Assembly (NCBI GenBank): GCA_003971905.1
Contig: RSEE01000066.1
Span: forward strand, 62,001 to 126,000
Length of the DNA stretch: 64,000 nt
Direction of reading: 5' to 3'
Source: Moniliella sp. 'wahieum'
Lineage: Eukaryota
The position numbers were made by a program, and so were the translations under genes. Shown one piece after another: positions 25,582 to 40,415 of this stretch (the stretch's first letter is position 1; every line of letters starts with the position of its first letter). The notes beneath the pieces are model-generated. The model searched no databases, was not told where the DNA came from, and was given only the letters and a program-made list of their open reading frames with translations.

Positions 25582-26996
25582 ATGTTTCGACGTCGGCTCA
25601 CTGATGCCGACCGATGGAACGAGCTCGCACGCGTGCACGATAGGACAGACGCATCTGCTGTACCTTTTCCCGCGGTCTGGTCCACGGTGAAGCGGGACGG
25701 GAGGTTGCTGTACCAGTGCCGTGCTTGCCCAGTTCGACCGATGTTCCAGTTTAATGCACTGAAGCACGCGAAGGTGCGCAGGCACAGCCACAACGTGGTG
25801 GAGATGTGCGAGGGTGGAGGCCAGTCACACCATTGACGAGGTGGCCGAAGATGCGAGCATGCCCCAGCCACCTGACGCACGCTCGCCTTCCCCTGCTTCC
25901 CGTGCCTCCTCACCTGTATGCACTACCATGGCAAGGGCCTGGCGGGAAGAAGCATATCCACCCCTCCCTTCCCTCTTCGACGAGCGCTTCTTCGAGGAAG
26001 GGACTGCCGACGAGCCTGTGACACCCATCAGTATGCTCGCAGTGGCTGTCAACCACATAAACGATCGCATGGATCGCATCGATACTAGAATGGAGACTCA
26101 TTATCGGAACTGATGGTGTCTGCCAATGCGAGCCCCCAGGGTTACCGGTCATTCTTGGATGCAAACAAGGTATGCTCGCCTCAATTCTTCATTGGTTATT
26201 ATAGGACTAACTTCAATGCCTGCAGGTGGGTTGCTGCCCTTGCGATCATCGTGTGGTGCGCCCCGAACGCGTCCATTACTAGCAATGCCCACCTGTGGTC
26301 GCGCGTGTCCCAGTTGCTACGGCGTCCGGACGAGCGGCAACTCCTGCGCCTACCTCTTGATCTCGCTCGGAGAGACGTATGGACGACTTTCTCCATGAGC
26401 TCAAGAAGATCCTGACTCCTCATTGGAATACTCTGCGGCATGATCTACTGCATCGAGTGCGCATAACCTCTCGTTATTTATGTGCCCAGGATCGCAGCTA
26501 ACCTCTGCTAACCCATCTCCAGTACCGCCATCAAGGCCCTCATCCGACGCAGGCCAACACGATGTTCAACCTGGGCCACTACATTCTTCAGACCTGGAGG
26601 AAGTTGCAACATGCGCAACGGGCTCCCGGCTCATCTCAAGCGGTTCCAGCATGCGCTGTGGAAAAGTTTGCCCTTGTCCATATGGCTATGATGCGCCTTC
26701 AGGTTTTCACGAACGACAGCGACATTACCGACAGGGCAGCCCAGGGCCAGTGGATGCAGGTGGAAGGCGAGCTTACCAACTTGCGGTCGCATCCACCACC
26801 ACAAGCCGCCCCATATGTGAACGCACTGAAGAGTCAGCTAAACATTGCAGGCGGCCCGGCGGACTCGTATCCGCATTGGTCGCTGCTGCTCCCGGAGCTG
26901 AACGCAGTTCCGGAGACTTTTAGAGGAGCTCCTTCCAGTGATATCGCACTGAACATTCAATCGGCCTGCGCAAGAACTTTGGCGCATCGTGCGTGA
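25582..26996 (+). CDS. Hypothetical multi-exon gene or remnant with an N-terminal C2H2-like zinc finger, possibly transposon-associated
   Basis: YQCRACPVRPMFQFNALKHAKVRRH. Intron-like GTATGC..ACTAAC..CAG at 26170-26225 and GCTAAC..CAG near 26500-26522. Lies in a lower-GC island. Confidence 0.4.
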
Positions 26997-28052
26997 ACAT
27001 AAGAAGTCATGTGGTGCCCATTCACTTGAAGCTTGAAGCTTGATGTAACACCGTAGGTCACTAGTATAGCTCAAGTGAGGATAATAGTGACCTGTGTAGC
27101 GATCCACCCGGCTATGGAGACCGCAATGGATGTTGAAGCGTTTGGGACAGTAGCGTAGGCGATCGATTGGGCGAGAGATAGGCGTTGGTGGTAGGAAGCA
27201 GGACGAGGGTTACTAGCTGGTTACTAGACATCCATTATTAGAGCCGGGAACACTGCTGCAGTGCCGCTAGTGTTGCGGCGTTAGACAGATATAGCTTGCG
27301 TAGGCCCCTGGCGTGGCCCAGATTGGCCTGTGCGTACAGGTGGCTGCGCCACACGCGCGCCTCCTTTTAATCTCCTGTTCCTCTGTGGTTGCACCTGTCC
27401 TCACCACCGCCCCTCTCATTGCGCCCGTAGCAACTGGTATCCCATCTCTGCAACCAGCACTGATCGCAGAGTGCTCTGTGCCACGGCGCAACAGCACCAT
27501 CTTCTTTCCCTGTCCAACACCTCACCATCGTTGCTGCCTGTACTGCTTATGCCCGTCTTCCCCGTCCCGCTCCCATCGCTCGGTTCTCCTCGCCTGGTCT
27601 GCATTGCTGCCATACGTCTCCATTCCCTCTCTCGTCACACTCCGTTTTCGTATTCAAACTATGTTACACTTCCTTCCACGACACCTGTTCAACCCCCACT
27701 GTTGCATCCTGAGTGTGCAGCTAGTCTCTTCAATCAAAGGCACTATCCCCCCTCTTGCTCCCTATTTGGTTATGTTTGCCCCAGCCTCTGAGCATAAATC
27801 CCCGTCCGGTACAGCATCACCCATATCGGGGCAGATGGATGGCATTCTAGTTCCACATAGAAACACATGGCTCATGGAGCTCACTTCATTCTAGTAGTAG
27901 CAAGTGCAGTGTGGGATCGAACTTTTGAGGACACGAGTTTTACGCATGTCCAGAGGGCTCCGGCATGAGCGTTGAGCCAATGAACAACGAACTTGCAGGC
28001 CCGCACGGCCCCGTGCCGAGTTGTGGCCCATTCAATCGGCGAAGCAGGTGGC

Positions 28053-29961
28053 TTACTCACGCGTCACGTCACGGCCAACATGGCGACGCTGGACCAATCC
28101 CAAGCAACGAGCAGACGCTGACGAAGGGAGAAGAGTAGCGACATGTACGCCGATTTCCAGAAGATGTACGTTGCCACACCCGACGAGGCAAACTCTCCCC
28201 CAAGGAAAGGAATGTCGGCAATCCAGGTCCCGCCCCACATAGGCAAGCGAGCTTGATGGGTGTACTCAAACGGACGGATCTTCTCCGCTTTGGTGATCTG
28301 GCGTTGCAAGGCCAAGATCTCAGAGCGCGACTCGGCAGTCAACGGCTGTGCTTCCACCGCCGCCAGTTTCTCCCGCAGCGACTCGACCCGCCCAATCTGT
28401 TGATCACGCGAGCAAGGTAGGCACCTTGCTGCGACGCTACCTGACCCGTCGGGGCATATTGCGAAGTAGCGTCCCCTGCGGCAAAGATACTGTCCTCAGC
28501 CCTTGAGACGCAGGTGGGCGTCAATCTCGAGGCCGCGGCGGTTGTTTTGCGAGCCTTGAGTTGAGAAATCATGTCCCTCGTTACGGGGCGGAGCGTGTTA
28601 CCGGCAGCCCAAACAAGAAACACCGTACGGGATCTTTTGGAGTGTGCCATCGGGGGCCTGGACAAACACGGTCTGCTCATCAACGTCCTGACCATGTGCT
28701 TGGTCTTGAGCTCAATTCCATTTCCTTGAATGTCGAGTGGTGTATTCAATCAGACGCTTACTAAACGAAGGCAGAATCGAAGGCAACGCTTCAATCAGCG
28801 TCACCCGGACCTTGCCCGCCACTTCAGGGTACCATTGCTCAGGTCGGACGTGACAAAGTCGCGCAATTCGGCCGCGTACTCGACACCGTGGGACCACCAC
28901 CGAAACGATCATGTGCAGCAGCCGCTCCACATCGCGTCAGGGGTGCCCTTGATCGAAGCCGCCTCAACGGCCCATCAGCTTGTTGCGGATCTTCTCAGCG
29001 TCCGGCAGCTCCTTGAGGAAGCAGGCGTGGTCCTTGACGCCCTGGATACCAAACGTTTGGTTTTCGGAGCCTACACCATAGATCAGGTAGTCGTACGGAT
29101 GGTGACCTTGCCCAACGGGTTGCCCACGCCTTCGTCGGATTTGTCCTCAAACGTGACTGTCTTGTTCGCCACATCCACCTTCTCAGCCTCGGCCTCAATC
29201 ACCTGCACCTCACGCGGGAGGAAACGGGTAGTCATCCGCGTCGGCTGGGCAATCGAACGGGCCTGGAGCGTGCCTGTTGGCACCGAGGCGCAGTAGCGGG
29301 TGAAGAGGAAGCTGGCCAGCCCACCGCTGAGTCAGTCATCGTTCCTACCAAAACCCGCGCGGAGAAAATGAGAGAGACTCAGTTGTGGGGGAAATAACGA
29401 TAACGTGAACTGGTCGGTGTCGAGATGCTTCAAGAAACTCGTCGAGGCCCAGCCGGAGCAAGGACGACAATAGTGCGCTTGGTAGGTCATAGGGCAACTG
29501 CTCGGGCGGGTGCCGTGCCTCATACAGCTTCCATGTGATCCCAGCGCCGTCAGAACAGCGACCCATATCAGCACATGAAGGTGCGGCGGAAGAAGCCCTT
29601 TTGGGCTTGGGTGCCGGAGCAGGCGGCCCAGCGGAGCTGCCCCAGTCGAACCAGCAGCGGCGGGAGTTAGAGTTGTCCAGAGCAGCGACGTGAAGAGCGT
29701 GCGGGACGTAATAGCGCCAGCAGGCGGCGCAATGGCGCTGGCCAAGGCGGTAGGGCGAATGGACGCCGGGCCAGCGAGCGCGTGGTCAGCAAGTTGCGCG
29801 GCGCAACCGAGATGCCTGCGCACCGCAGAAGAATGGTCGGCGAAGACACAGCCAAGATGGAAACACAGGAGCAAGACAGAACCAAGCAGAGTATAGTACG
29901 GTACTCCGTTCCAGCGCAGGAACATCGCACAGGATAGGGACACTCGAGCGATGATGCTCAT
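28053..29961 (-). CDS. Type II NADH dehydrogenase (Nde1/Ndi1-like), mitochondrial
   Basis: SGWASTSFLK, YDYLIYGVGSENQTFGIQGV, GPTGVEYAAEL, VTLIEALPSILPSFSK, VWAAGN, FAAGDAT..APTGQVASQQGAYLA, and a C-terminal FGRDVTRE. Many frameshifts. Confidence 0.92.
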
Positions 29962-32531
29962 GGGGGGCAGGCGTGGAGTGGAGTACAGGTGGTGGAGCGG
30001 GAGCAGGCGGCCCGAACAGGTTTGTGGAGATAACGTGGCTGCTGGACAGCAGACGAGTGCAAAAAAAGCTGCGCGTTCAGTTGTGGCGCCGTGCTGGCGT
30101 TGTATTTCGAATGGGCCTGCTGCCGCGGGGGCAGTGTGTGGGCCTGGCCTTGGAGAGTTCTTGCAAGGTACGCAACCCCAGCCGGCTGCACCGCGCCAGT
30201 GGGCCAGTGCCTGCTCCGCTACCCCGGCGTCACTGCGTCACTGCTCGGGCTCAGCACATGCACCCACCCATGCCCAGCGGTGATCCCAAGCTGGCCCCTC
30301 TGGTGGTTGGCTGTATACGCTACTGATCATAGCTTCTCCGTCGGCTTTGTCGCTGGACATCCTACCCGCCCCTTCCCTTCCTCTGCCCCTCCCACCCCAA
30401 CCCTTGGGCCTAAGCCTTAGGCCTTACCATCTTGTTGGTCAACCCAGTCGGGAGACGAGTCCTTGACCACTGGCTGTCACATGTCCATGTCATGCATCAT
30501 GCATCATGCATGGGAGGAGAATCACTGATCAGCCATTCCTCCGGTATAACCCGCAGACAGGCGGGCATTAGCACATTAGTCCCACTGGACAGCCACTGGC
30601 CTGGGCAGGCTTTTGCGCTGGAGGTGTCGGACGCGCAGCGCGGCTGGTCCGCATTCGGCTGTCGGTTGTCGGTTGGCGGTCGTCGGCTGTCGGCCGGGGG
30701 GGGGGTGAGTACGTTCGATATGCAGTGCGTTTCGCGTTACGCGTTACGCGCTGCGGGTGAATTCGGTATTACCCGGGGCCCAGCGGCCCCGCTAGAAGCT
30801 TGAGCTTGAACCGCTGAACCTCAGCGCTGAGCCTGAGCACGCAACCGCAAATGTCACTTCAATATTCAATCCACCCACCGCTGGGTTGATACGTTGATAC
30901 ATGGTACAGCGTGTCTTCTCCGACGTTGGTGCGGCTTTTCTTCTCAATAACCCCGTCGACAGCCTGCGCGGAATGCAAAAAGAATGCGAAGCCACAGGCG
31001 CGGAAGGTGTGGAGTACTCATCAATCTTCTAACAGCCTCAACAATCTGTCGCAAGCCCCCCAGTTGTATACGCCGAGGCGCTGAGGGCGCCGGGTAGAAG
31101 GAGAGTCACGAAGTCCTGTACTCACTGACTTGACTACTTGTCATGCATCAGATGCCACGTATCACAAGTCACTAGTCACTAGTCACCAGTCACACTAGTC
31201 ACGTGTCACGTGTCACATGTGACACGGCTCGTCAGGCCCTAGGACGCGATGCATGCCGCAGAAACTGAGGGACGGGGGAAAAGGGAACCAGGGGAGCCAG
31301 CCTGGAGCGCAGGTGCCTGGAAGAGACATGCATAGACAGAAAAACTTTTGCGAGCGGCGTTAACCGTGTCTCTCCGCCGCGATGATTTGGCGGATGGATT
31401 ACGTCGATTACGTGCCCAGACACCAGCCACCCGCGCCCAGCGCCTGTCCCTTTTTGGTGTCTTGCTCCCTCCGCCTCAGACGCCGTTTCCTCTCGCCTGG
31501 GTGGCCGCCGTCCTCGCGGTGCATTGAGAAGAAACAAGTCAAGGCAAGAATTAGATGGCGTTTTCGTGGCTGCAAGCGCGCCATGCTCCACAGGGGACCC
31601 TAGCCCCAATGGGTAGTCTACCATCCTGAGCTGCAGCAGGCTACAGGCCAGTACTACCGCGCGAAAGCAGCTCCTGCGCTCTCCGAGCAAGGCTGGATCC
31701 CCGCCGGCGCTGCACCCGCATTCAATATTCACCCGATATAAATCAACAGTACCTAGTACCGACATACTGAGTAAGTGCGTATAGATATAGGAGCAGCCTT
31801 GACTGCGCTTCATGTGTTGTGGCTACCGCCCAACTACTTCGGCCCTACCGCAGCCCATTATGTTTGTTGATATTAATCTCATTGATCCCACCCTGAAGAT
31901 GGGATGGCAGAAACCCATAGGAGATGTACACAAGCTCAAGGTCTCTTCGTGCCCGCCTTCTGCGAGGCAAGACGTCCCTGAGGGCGCTGTGGCGTGAGAG
32001 TGGAACGGTGATCCTCCGACATTGTGAGCAGGCCCGAGGTGCGTGCATGGCGACCCCAGGGAGAACAGGGACCGAACAGGCGAGACGGCAGCACCATTGC
32101 AGAAAGTCCACACCCTCGGTGGCAACTAGACTTGGAAGAACAGGAGATCGAACCGCATCGCCGCTCGACCCAAAACGGAAGCAAGCATGAACACGGTAGC
32201 GGCTTGGTCACCCCCGGTGCGAAGAGAGGGAAGGTAGGGAGGGAGCAGAGGATCGGAAAATTCGTAGCGTATCTCATTGACTAGCGTCTCGAAGGGTACG
32301 GTATTGTGTTGTTAAGTTGTAAAGTGGTGGTTAACAGTTGTGGTTATGAAGGTAGGGTCAAGTTGGGGTTTAATCTTTAAGGTTCACGCCAAAGGTGAAA
32401 CGAGCAGAAGCAAGTGGAGCAGGGGAAAGCAGGTAGAAGGGCAGATGGCGACTTGGACCATATACGGTAGACGTGTGGAGAGAGGGAGCGAAACCAAAAG
32501 AAAAAGAAAAAGAAAAAGAGTATAATACATG

Positions 32532-35500
32532 TCAATGTATAAGCGTACAATCTCGAGTGGCGATGCCAGCCTTGTTTCTCCAGAGTCTACACCCCCTCTG
32601 TGGGAGGCATCTTGTCAAACGAAGACGAAAGTGCGAACGGAGCAAACGGCTTGGGCGAGGTAAATCCAGAAGAAGCAGGGGGGCATCGACGGGGTGCGTG
32701 CCCAATGGTGATGCTTGGCGAGAGGACATGAGGATGGCGTTGCGCGCTCCCACCGACATGGACGGGGATGTGAGCCTCAAAGAAGTATCCCCAGAGGAGG
32801 CAAGAAACGGGTCCTTTGGGTTGGCTCTCCGGGCAGCACAGTCGGACCTAATAACGGCCTCTTCTTCATCCGGCGAAAACTCCAATCCATCCCATCCCAA
32901 ATCGGCTTCCTCGTTCGGAGCGCTGGCTGCACCCACTACACCGCGAGCCATTGCCCATGCCACCTCGTCCTCCTCCTCTTCACCACCCCCCTCCCGTCAT
33001 CCCAGACCCCGGGGTCAGCCATGCTGACTGTACGAATAGGCCGGGAGCTAGCACTGGTACTCCTTTCCCCTGATCCCGAGTGCCCACTGTGCTCGTCCGA
33101 GTCAGAAAATGACACGTCACTTCCCCGACCGAGCAAGGCTGGATTCCAACGGGGATCAATCCCACCGTCAACAAAGTCATCCATCTCATCCGCACCGAGC
33201 GGTGCATCAGGACCCCGGGCGGCATCCAGCGATCCAACCGTCAAGTTCTCCTCTGCCATGCAGGGGTCCAACGACTCCAACGCTGCATACAGCTCATCCA
33301 CATCCCCTTCAGCTGTCGACCCTGTGGGCGCAGACCGTCCCAAGCTCACCGCAGCTCGATTGAGACGCCCCCCCATGGCACCCCCTACTGCCCCACTGAC
33401 CGCACGCAAACCAGCAGCCGCACCTGCACTAGCGGCCCCAGCTGCTGCCGTAAACCGGGCGAGGGGGATGCCTTGCGACACGTGTTGGGCCCAGGTGCGG
33501 CTCCGTGCCGGCACACCCACCGGAAACGAGAAGCATGGGAACACCTTTTGCGTACGGAGCGTCCCGCGCCATGGCACTGGCATTGAGCATGGGACGGGTA
33601 ACGCCCAATCGGCCTTGCCTGCCGCGGCAGCCAGTCCATCCGCCAAATCGTCCATGCCCAACTCACCGGGGTCGACCTGAGGCTCCACCCGCACCTCTGT
33701 CCGCACCGTGGAGGCCATATGGGCTTCACACACGGGCAACGGGATCTCTCCATCCTCAGAGAAGGCATACGTTCCGTATTTGAGTTGCGGGACCAAGTAG
33801 ACGTTGGCAGGTTGGGCATAAGGGACCTTGGCGTACGTGTGAAGCTCAGCCGCTGCCGCCGTTGTACGCCCACTCAACCCGCCATGGGGTAAAGAGCCGA
33901 GCTGACATCCACGTCCCTCGCTCAGACCAAGGCGGGAAGGCAATCTCTGCAGGCGAGCAAGCCATGCAGGAGAATTCATCAAGGGATTCAACAGTTCGAT
34001 TCCCGGTTGAGGCCGAGATAGACCACGCCAGAGGGCATGCGGCGCTTCACTCCGTGCCAGAGGCGAAGGGACTGAATATCATCCCATCCGATCACCTCTC
34101 CGCCAGCTCGACCTGGAGCGGGCGTTGCACGGAGGTTGCCGTGGCCAATGCGATCACTAGGATCGACCCCAGTGCGAGGGGCAATTGGGATGGCAAACAA
34201 GTTCCTAGGGCGATGGGCGGAGAGTATGAGCTCATGTTGGACCACGTCGCCGCGCGAAGCATTGAACTGATATAGACCGATCCTCCGCGCTTCTGCCCCG
34301 GGCAAATCGTTAACCACTGCCAATCCCGGCCAGCCAACAGCCAAAGGAGTTGTATCTGGAAGTTCGGTGGAGCGATCCGTCCCCTGCTCAAGGGCTGACA
34401 GCTCATCACCCTCTTGAACCGGGAGAAAACGCTCGACGGCAGTAGAAGTTTTGGCCGACGCGGCTAGGGGCATCGGGCGAGGCCCAATAGATCCGAAATG
34501 GGTGTGGTATGCATGCTCATTGGTCCCTCGCCCGGTCACGCATTCTTTGGCACTAGGGGGTGCACCCCACGGATGAAGCGCAATCGTGTGGGTGGTGCCT
34601 CGTTTGGTGAGGACATGGAGCAATCGCGAGTCGACGCTCCACTCCATCGCAGCGACATGGGCACTCGTGATCCCACGATAAATCTGCGCACAAAAAGCAG
34701 GTTAGTCCAAGCTGTGCGGCTGCAAAAGGGGAAGGTAAAACGTGCCACATAAAGCCACTCAGGCCTAAGTAGATTATCGTCCGCCTTCCGGACGGGGGCA
34801 GCGCGCATCTTGAGCGCGTAGATGTGGAATTGATGCCCAGCAGTATCAGCTGTAGCAAGCAGTTCGCCCGTAGCGTTAAACTTGATGCAAGCCAACCGGC
34901 CTGCTCCGCCACCGGGCGGGGTAGGAGCAGCACGGAAAGCACTGATCAGTACCGGGTTTGAGACCCCCTCTGAAGTAGGGCGGGTTCTCCGTGACAGGTC
35001 GACAACATGAACGGTACCGCTGTACAGTTGCCCAGGTGCCACCGTGGAACCAGAAGAAATAGGAGTAGGCGCGGTAAGAAAGGAGGAGCCCGAGGTGGGT
35101 GCAGAGCGGGACTGAAGAGTAACGCCTGGAAGAGGCGGAGAAGCAGCTAAGGCTGCCGCCAGACCAGAGGCACCCGCGCTGACGCCATGGTACATGCGCT
35201 CCCCCATGTTTCGAGCTTGGTAAAGAATGTTGCCGCTCGGATCCTCCTCGTCTGCCAGCGTCGCAGAGGCAGCATCCAAGCGGGGGGGCAATGCGGTAGA
35301 TGCATAAGCCAGGAGCCGCCCGACAAATCGCAGGCCGGGGGCCGATCGGGGAAAGGGGAGGCGGTATCGACGATGGGAGGATGCGTTGCGGTTAGGTCGC
35401 TGGCCGAGTGGATGGAAATCGTAGACGAGCGTCCAGCGAGAGATGCAGAGGACCATGCAACAACAATGTAGTGGTGGTTGTGCAAGAGCCAGGCATGAAC

Positions 35501-36190
35501 GCTCGTCTGGGCCTCCGATGTCGGCCGTAATTCGGCAACCGTGGCGCGCTGCACCACGGCGGACGAAGCCAAGTCGTACTCAATGAGATCAAGCGAGCGC
35601 GAGTCCTTTGTACTAATCAAGACGGCGGCCAAAAGATGCACGCGTTGGTGGCGCGTCGCGACCCGCAGCGCGCAGATCTCTGCGTGCGTACCAGCCGGTA
35701 CGAAAGCCGACGGAGGGAGACGAGCAATCTCAGTGAACGTATGGCGGATGGCGAGCCAGACTACAGCAGGACCGGGAGCACCGGTGGTGTCGTTGGCATA
35801 GACAACAGCCAAGAAATGGCAACCAGCGACCTTGTCCCATGCATTGGACGCCACAGGCAGGGCTTGGATGCCGCGGGTTGCCATGGAAGGACCGGCATCG
35901 GCCCAGTCTTCAGCCTCGTCTGCACCGTCGGCATCACCCAAGATACCAGCACCAGCTCCGGAGCCAGGCGGGATAGGAGCAGCAGGACGCATGCGGCCAA
36001 GAGCTTGGGTGGCCATGTCACGAGCGGATGCGAGCTGAGCAGCAAGTGACTTGGGTACCCCGGCCGCGATGAGCGCCGCGGCGCTCATGTACCCATCGGG
36101 GAGAGCGAGGGGGTGGGAGCGAATGACGCGGGCAGACTGGGACGGCACCTGCTTCTGCATGGGAGTGGCGGGAGAGAAGGCCATAGCCAT
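32532..36190 (-). CDS. BCAS3/Atg18-like WD40 beta-propeller protein
   Basis: LACIKFNATGELLATADTAGHQFHIY, WSVDSRLLHVLTKRGTTHTIALHPWG, and W LA..E..../AELHTY segments typical of BCAS3-type proteins. Frameshifted, 3' end approximate. Confidence 0.7.
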
Positions 36191-36746
36191 GGCCGGTGTG
36201 GTGCTGGGTCGGGCGTGAACTGTGGGTTTGCTGGGGGGGGGGGGTAAGGGTCTGGGGATGGGGAAAAGGAAAGGCCGATGCGGAGGCAGGAGCGGTGGTG
36301 GTGGTGGCAGCAGTAGTAGGAGTGGGAGTGGCAGTGGCAGTGGGAGGGTGGTGGTGGTGGGAGAGAAAGAGGGACAGGCGTGCGGGGCGATGGGGAGGGG
36401 CAGAGCCGACTATCTCCTGTCGGCTGGAGGCGTGGTGGTTGGGCGCGCGTATCTAATCGTGACTGGGCGTGACTCAACCCTACTGGGCGCACCGCACGTG
36501 CAGCACAGCACAGCACGCAGCACACAGCACCGCTGCACAGACCAGCCGGGCCCCGCGCACGGCGCCAGTGTCGCCCCAACTCACACCCCGCTGCTGGCCA
36601 CCCACGCTCGCAGCCACGCACAGCAACCCTATCGCGGCCATCGCATCGCTGATCGGTATCAATATTCAATGCTCTCACACCGGCAGCATGCAATCAAATT
36701 TCAAACCCCGCCGCGCTGGCCTACCCTCACCGGTCCGCCTCACCGC

Positions 36747-38037
36747 TCACACCGCGTCTGCGCCCCACTCACGCCGCAGCGCCGCCGCCACGCCATCGGC
36801 CACCGTGTCCGCAATCAACGTCGGCGCTGGGTCCGGCGCCCCCTGCGCATCCGACCACACGCCCGTGCGCACCAGCACACTCTCCCACCCGTACGCCGCC
36901 GCGCCCGAGATGTCCGAGGCCGGGTTGTCCCCAATCATGTAGACCTTGCGGTGCGGCAGGCGCGTGCCGAGCGCCTGCTCTTGCTGGCCCAGCGTCCAGT
37001 CGGCAAACTCATACGTCGCCCGCTCTGGCTTGCCAAACATGGTGTACTCCAACTTGCGGCCTGTCACCTCCTGCATCGCCATCACCATCGCCATCGCCAT
37101 CGTCAGTCACCTCATCCCACGCTCTCTGAATGCCTAACATACCTTCCAAATGGCTTGGGCTGCCACGCGCAGCGAACCGAGGCCGAGCCGCGGTACGCCA
37201 AACTGGGTGGTCCAGATCAAGTCGTTGTGGGCAAAGTACAGCGGCAATTGGGCAGCAGGCAAAGTGGCAGTATGGGGGCCGCGAATGCCCGGCTGCATCG
37301 TCCCAAACACACCATCCTCCGACCGACACAGGTCGACAATGTACTGAAGCGAACGACCCCAGTCGTTGTTGTCATGAAACACGAGCACAGCGGCAAAGTG
37401 AATTTGGCTATAGTCTGGCACCAGCTCACGGCCCTCGGTCGGAGGGAGCGAGTGGGTCCAGCTCGAAGGAGCGTACTGCTGCAGCATATCGGGTGTGTGG
37501 ACACGTTGAAAGCCATAATACTGGGCAATATCAGCCGCGCCCTTTGGCCCAATCACCAGCACGTCCTTGTCCTGGAACGAGCGCAAGCTCTTCATCAACG
37601 AGTGGCTTAACACCACCTGCTCGGGCTGAATGGTACCGCCAAAATTGCGTTGCAAAAGCTCGGCACGAGCAGCCTCTTTCGAACCACCCCGTTGGTGAGA
37701 AAGATGTGGGGTAAGGGGCGGTTGGGTACTTGTGGCGCCGCGGATGATCTCCATAGCCTTGTGGGCGGCTGGGATGACGTCGGCCCCCAACTTGAGTACG
37801 CCATCAATGTCAAAGGCAAACGCAACTTCGCACGGCGGCTGAGAGGATGGCGATTTGGCCGAGGGCAACACACGAGCCTCGCGTCCCGCCGTGCTTGCGC
37901 CAAACGCACGCCCTCGAGTGCCCTGGGCACAGCACAGGGGCAGAGACACGAGCACATGTGAGGGCACCGCTGGAGCGCAAGGAAGAAGAAACCAGCGCGG
38001 AACCAGGGGAGCCGGCAGTGCGCAAGAGACTCAACAT
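36747..38037 (-). CDS. HAD-superfamily class IIA hydrolase (CECR5/HDHD5-like), probable mitochondrial presequence
   Basis: FAFDIDGVL, IFLTNG, VLVFHD..DWG..LQ, FGKPE and VYMIGDNPASDISGA..GWESVLVRTGVW. Confidence 0.92.
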
Positions 38038-38829
38038 GAAACTAGGAGAGGCAGTGGGGACGGTCACGAGGAGGTCTGCGGGGAGGAAGTGTGTGGGCGG
38101 ATGGTGGTGGCTGCCCAGGCGTGGAGCCAGAACAAGTCCGGGACTACTGACATTCGCCTGCTCAGTCTGGGCCTGGCCCCAGGAAACAGGGCGGCACACA
38201 ACGTCACCACGCCCACAATTCCACGCCCTGCCTCCCGCCGGCTTACCTGGCTTACCTGACCGGCCTTTCCGGTTACCGGTTACTCCATTACGCATTACGC
38301 GGTACGCGTCATAGCAACCGAGGCTGGCGTCGGCCAGAACAGGGGCCCCCTTGCAATTGTACGTTTCAAACCATCGTATTTTCCGTCCATGCCCAAGATT
38401 GAGACCGATGAGGTGATGAGATACTGGGTTGTGCCGTGGAACAGGGGGCACTCTCCGACGAGCTGTCCACAAGAGAGATGGCCAGTCGATCGGTCACCGA
38501 GAGCGGGAACGAGGTTACGCGTTACGCATTACGAGTGAAGCGAACAGAGAGCAGTGGTGGAGAGAACAGAAGGACAGGAAAGGCGCGCTCGTAAAAATAG
38601 TGACCCTAACCAGGGCACCTGGCAGCCTAGGCAAAGCTATCACTCCCACGTCACAACAATACCCGCATCCGGATTGGCTACGGCAACGCCCGACCTACAA
38701 CCCGCCTATGCCTTACGATTGGGATGAATGCAGTGGGTTTATTAAGATAGCAGCAGCGGCAGCGACGACTAAATCGGGTAAGCAGCCCTTCATGATGATA
38801 TGGTGATTGGCTCTTCGGCCCCCTCGGCC

Positions 38830-40415
38830 TTAGCTGAGGGCCACCTTGAACGGCGCCCCCGTCTTCTCCTTTACTTCCTCCAGCGTGGCGCCCTCCTGGA
38901 GCTCGACAAGTACCAACCCTCCCTCAGGGCTGGTAAGGTCCACGTCAAAGACAGCAAGGTCGGTAATGATGCGGGATACAACGCGGGTACCCGTCAAGGG
39001 CAAGTCGCACTCGGACAATCTTGGGCTTGCCATGCTTGTCGCAATGGTCCGTCAGCACAATAACACGCGTCGAATCGCCCGAGGAGACCAAGTCCATCGC
39101 ACCACCCATGCCCTTGATGACGGATCCAGGGACCATGTAGTTGGCCAAGTCGCCCGACGCGCTGACTTGCAGCGCCCCCAAGGTACGGTCCATGTGCCCG
39201 CCCCGGATCATACCAAACGACTCGGCCGAGTCAAATACCGAGCCGCCGGGCAGAATGGTGCAGGTCTGCTTACCAGCATTGATAAGATCAGGGTTCACCA
39301 TGGGCGCGGGGGGCGGGCCGAGGCCAAGAATACCATTCTCGGACTGGAGCTGGATACTGACTCCCTCCGGGACATAGGCAGCAGCCAAGCTCGGGATTCC
39401 AATGCCCAGATTGACCGTGTCTCCATTGCGGAACTCTTTCCCAGCTCGCCGAGCGATCTTGTGTCGGCGAATTTCGCCCGGAGAGGTGATGGGAGCGTCG
39501 CTGCTGTCTTGGCCACCGTAAGACGTTCGATCATCGCTGGCCGCGTGGCCTTGACTACCCGGTCAACATAAACCGAAGGTAGGTGAATGTTGTTCGGGTC
39601 TAATGATCCCGTAGGAACAATCTCCTCAGCCTCGACAATGGTTGTCTTAGCATTCTTGCCCATGGGCGCGGGAGAAATTGGCGGCAGTGGAACGGAAGAC
39701 ACAGTTGCCTGACTCGTCCACCTTCCACGCACGGATCAATGCCACATCGGCATAGATCGCCTCTTCGAGGATGTACTTTCTCCCGTTAAACTCGCGTTCT
39801 TCCCTTGGTTTGGACACCACCTCACCTCCCCCTTCTTTGTCTTGGAGTAGCGGATAGGAAGGCCACCTTTGTGGACCAAGGTGCCGTAGCCAGTTGCCGT
39901 GTAGAAAGCGGGAATTCCGACCGCACCCGCGCGGATACGCTCCACCATGGTGCCTTGGGGCAGGAGATTCAGGGCCACTTCACCATTGAGGTACTTGTTG
40001 ATTAGGAAATCGTTGCCGCCCACATGGCTGGTAGAGAAGAGGGAAGAGACTTGGCCGTTTTTCAAAAGCACGCCTGAAAGAGGGAAGAGGGGTTAACACC
40101 GGGTCCAAAGGTTTGGAAAAATCGACTTACCAACACCTTCCTCTCCGACGCCCGAGTTGTTGCTGACAATGGTAAAATCTTTCTTTTCGGGGTACTTGGC
40201 CAGAGCATCCATCAAGGTGTTAGCTGACCCACACAGACCAAAGCCACCGGCAACAATGATAGAACCGCTCTTGATGTCCTTGACGGCCTCGTCGACAGAG
40301 TTGAAAACTTTGTTGATGGAGGCGCGAGGGCAGACGTGCTCAAGAGGCGGTGGGACAAAGGGGCAACAGCGAGAGGACGAGAGGCAACGCCCCGAACGGC
40401 AAGACAAGCAAGCAT
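38830..40415 (-). CDS. Succinyl-CoA:3-ketoacid CoA transferase (SCOT/OXCT1-like)
   Basis: AGGFGLCG, SNNSG, PQGTMVERIRAGAVGIPAFYTATGYGT, NLGIGIP, LQSENGILGLGP (catalytic Glu), SFGMIRGGH and KGMGGAMDLV. Intron at about 40074-40130. Confidence 0.95.

Noticed and set aside
31232..32530. Short ORFs downstream of the BCAS3-like gene
   Set aside because: No motifs; probably UTR or relic DNA.
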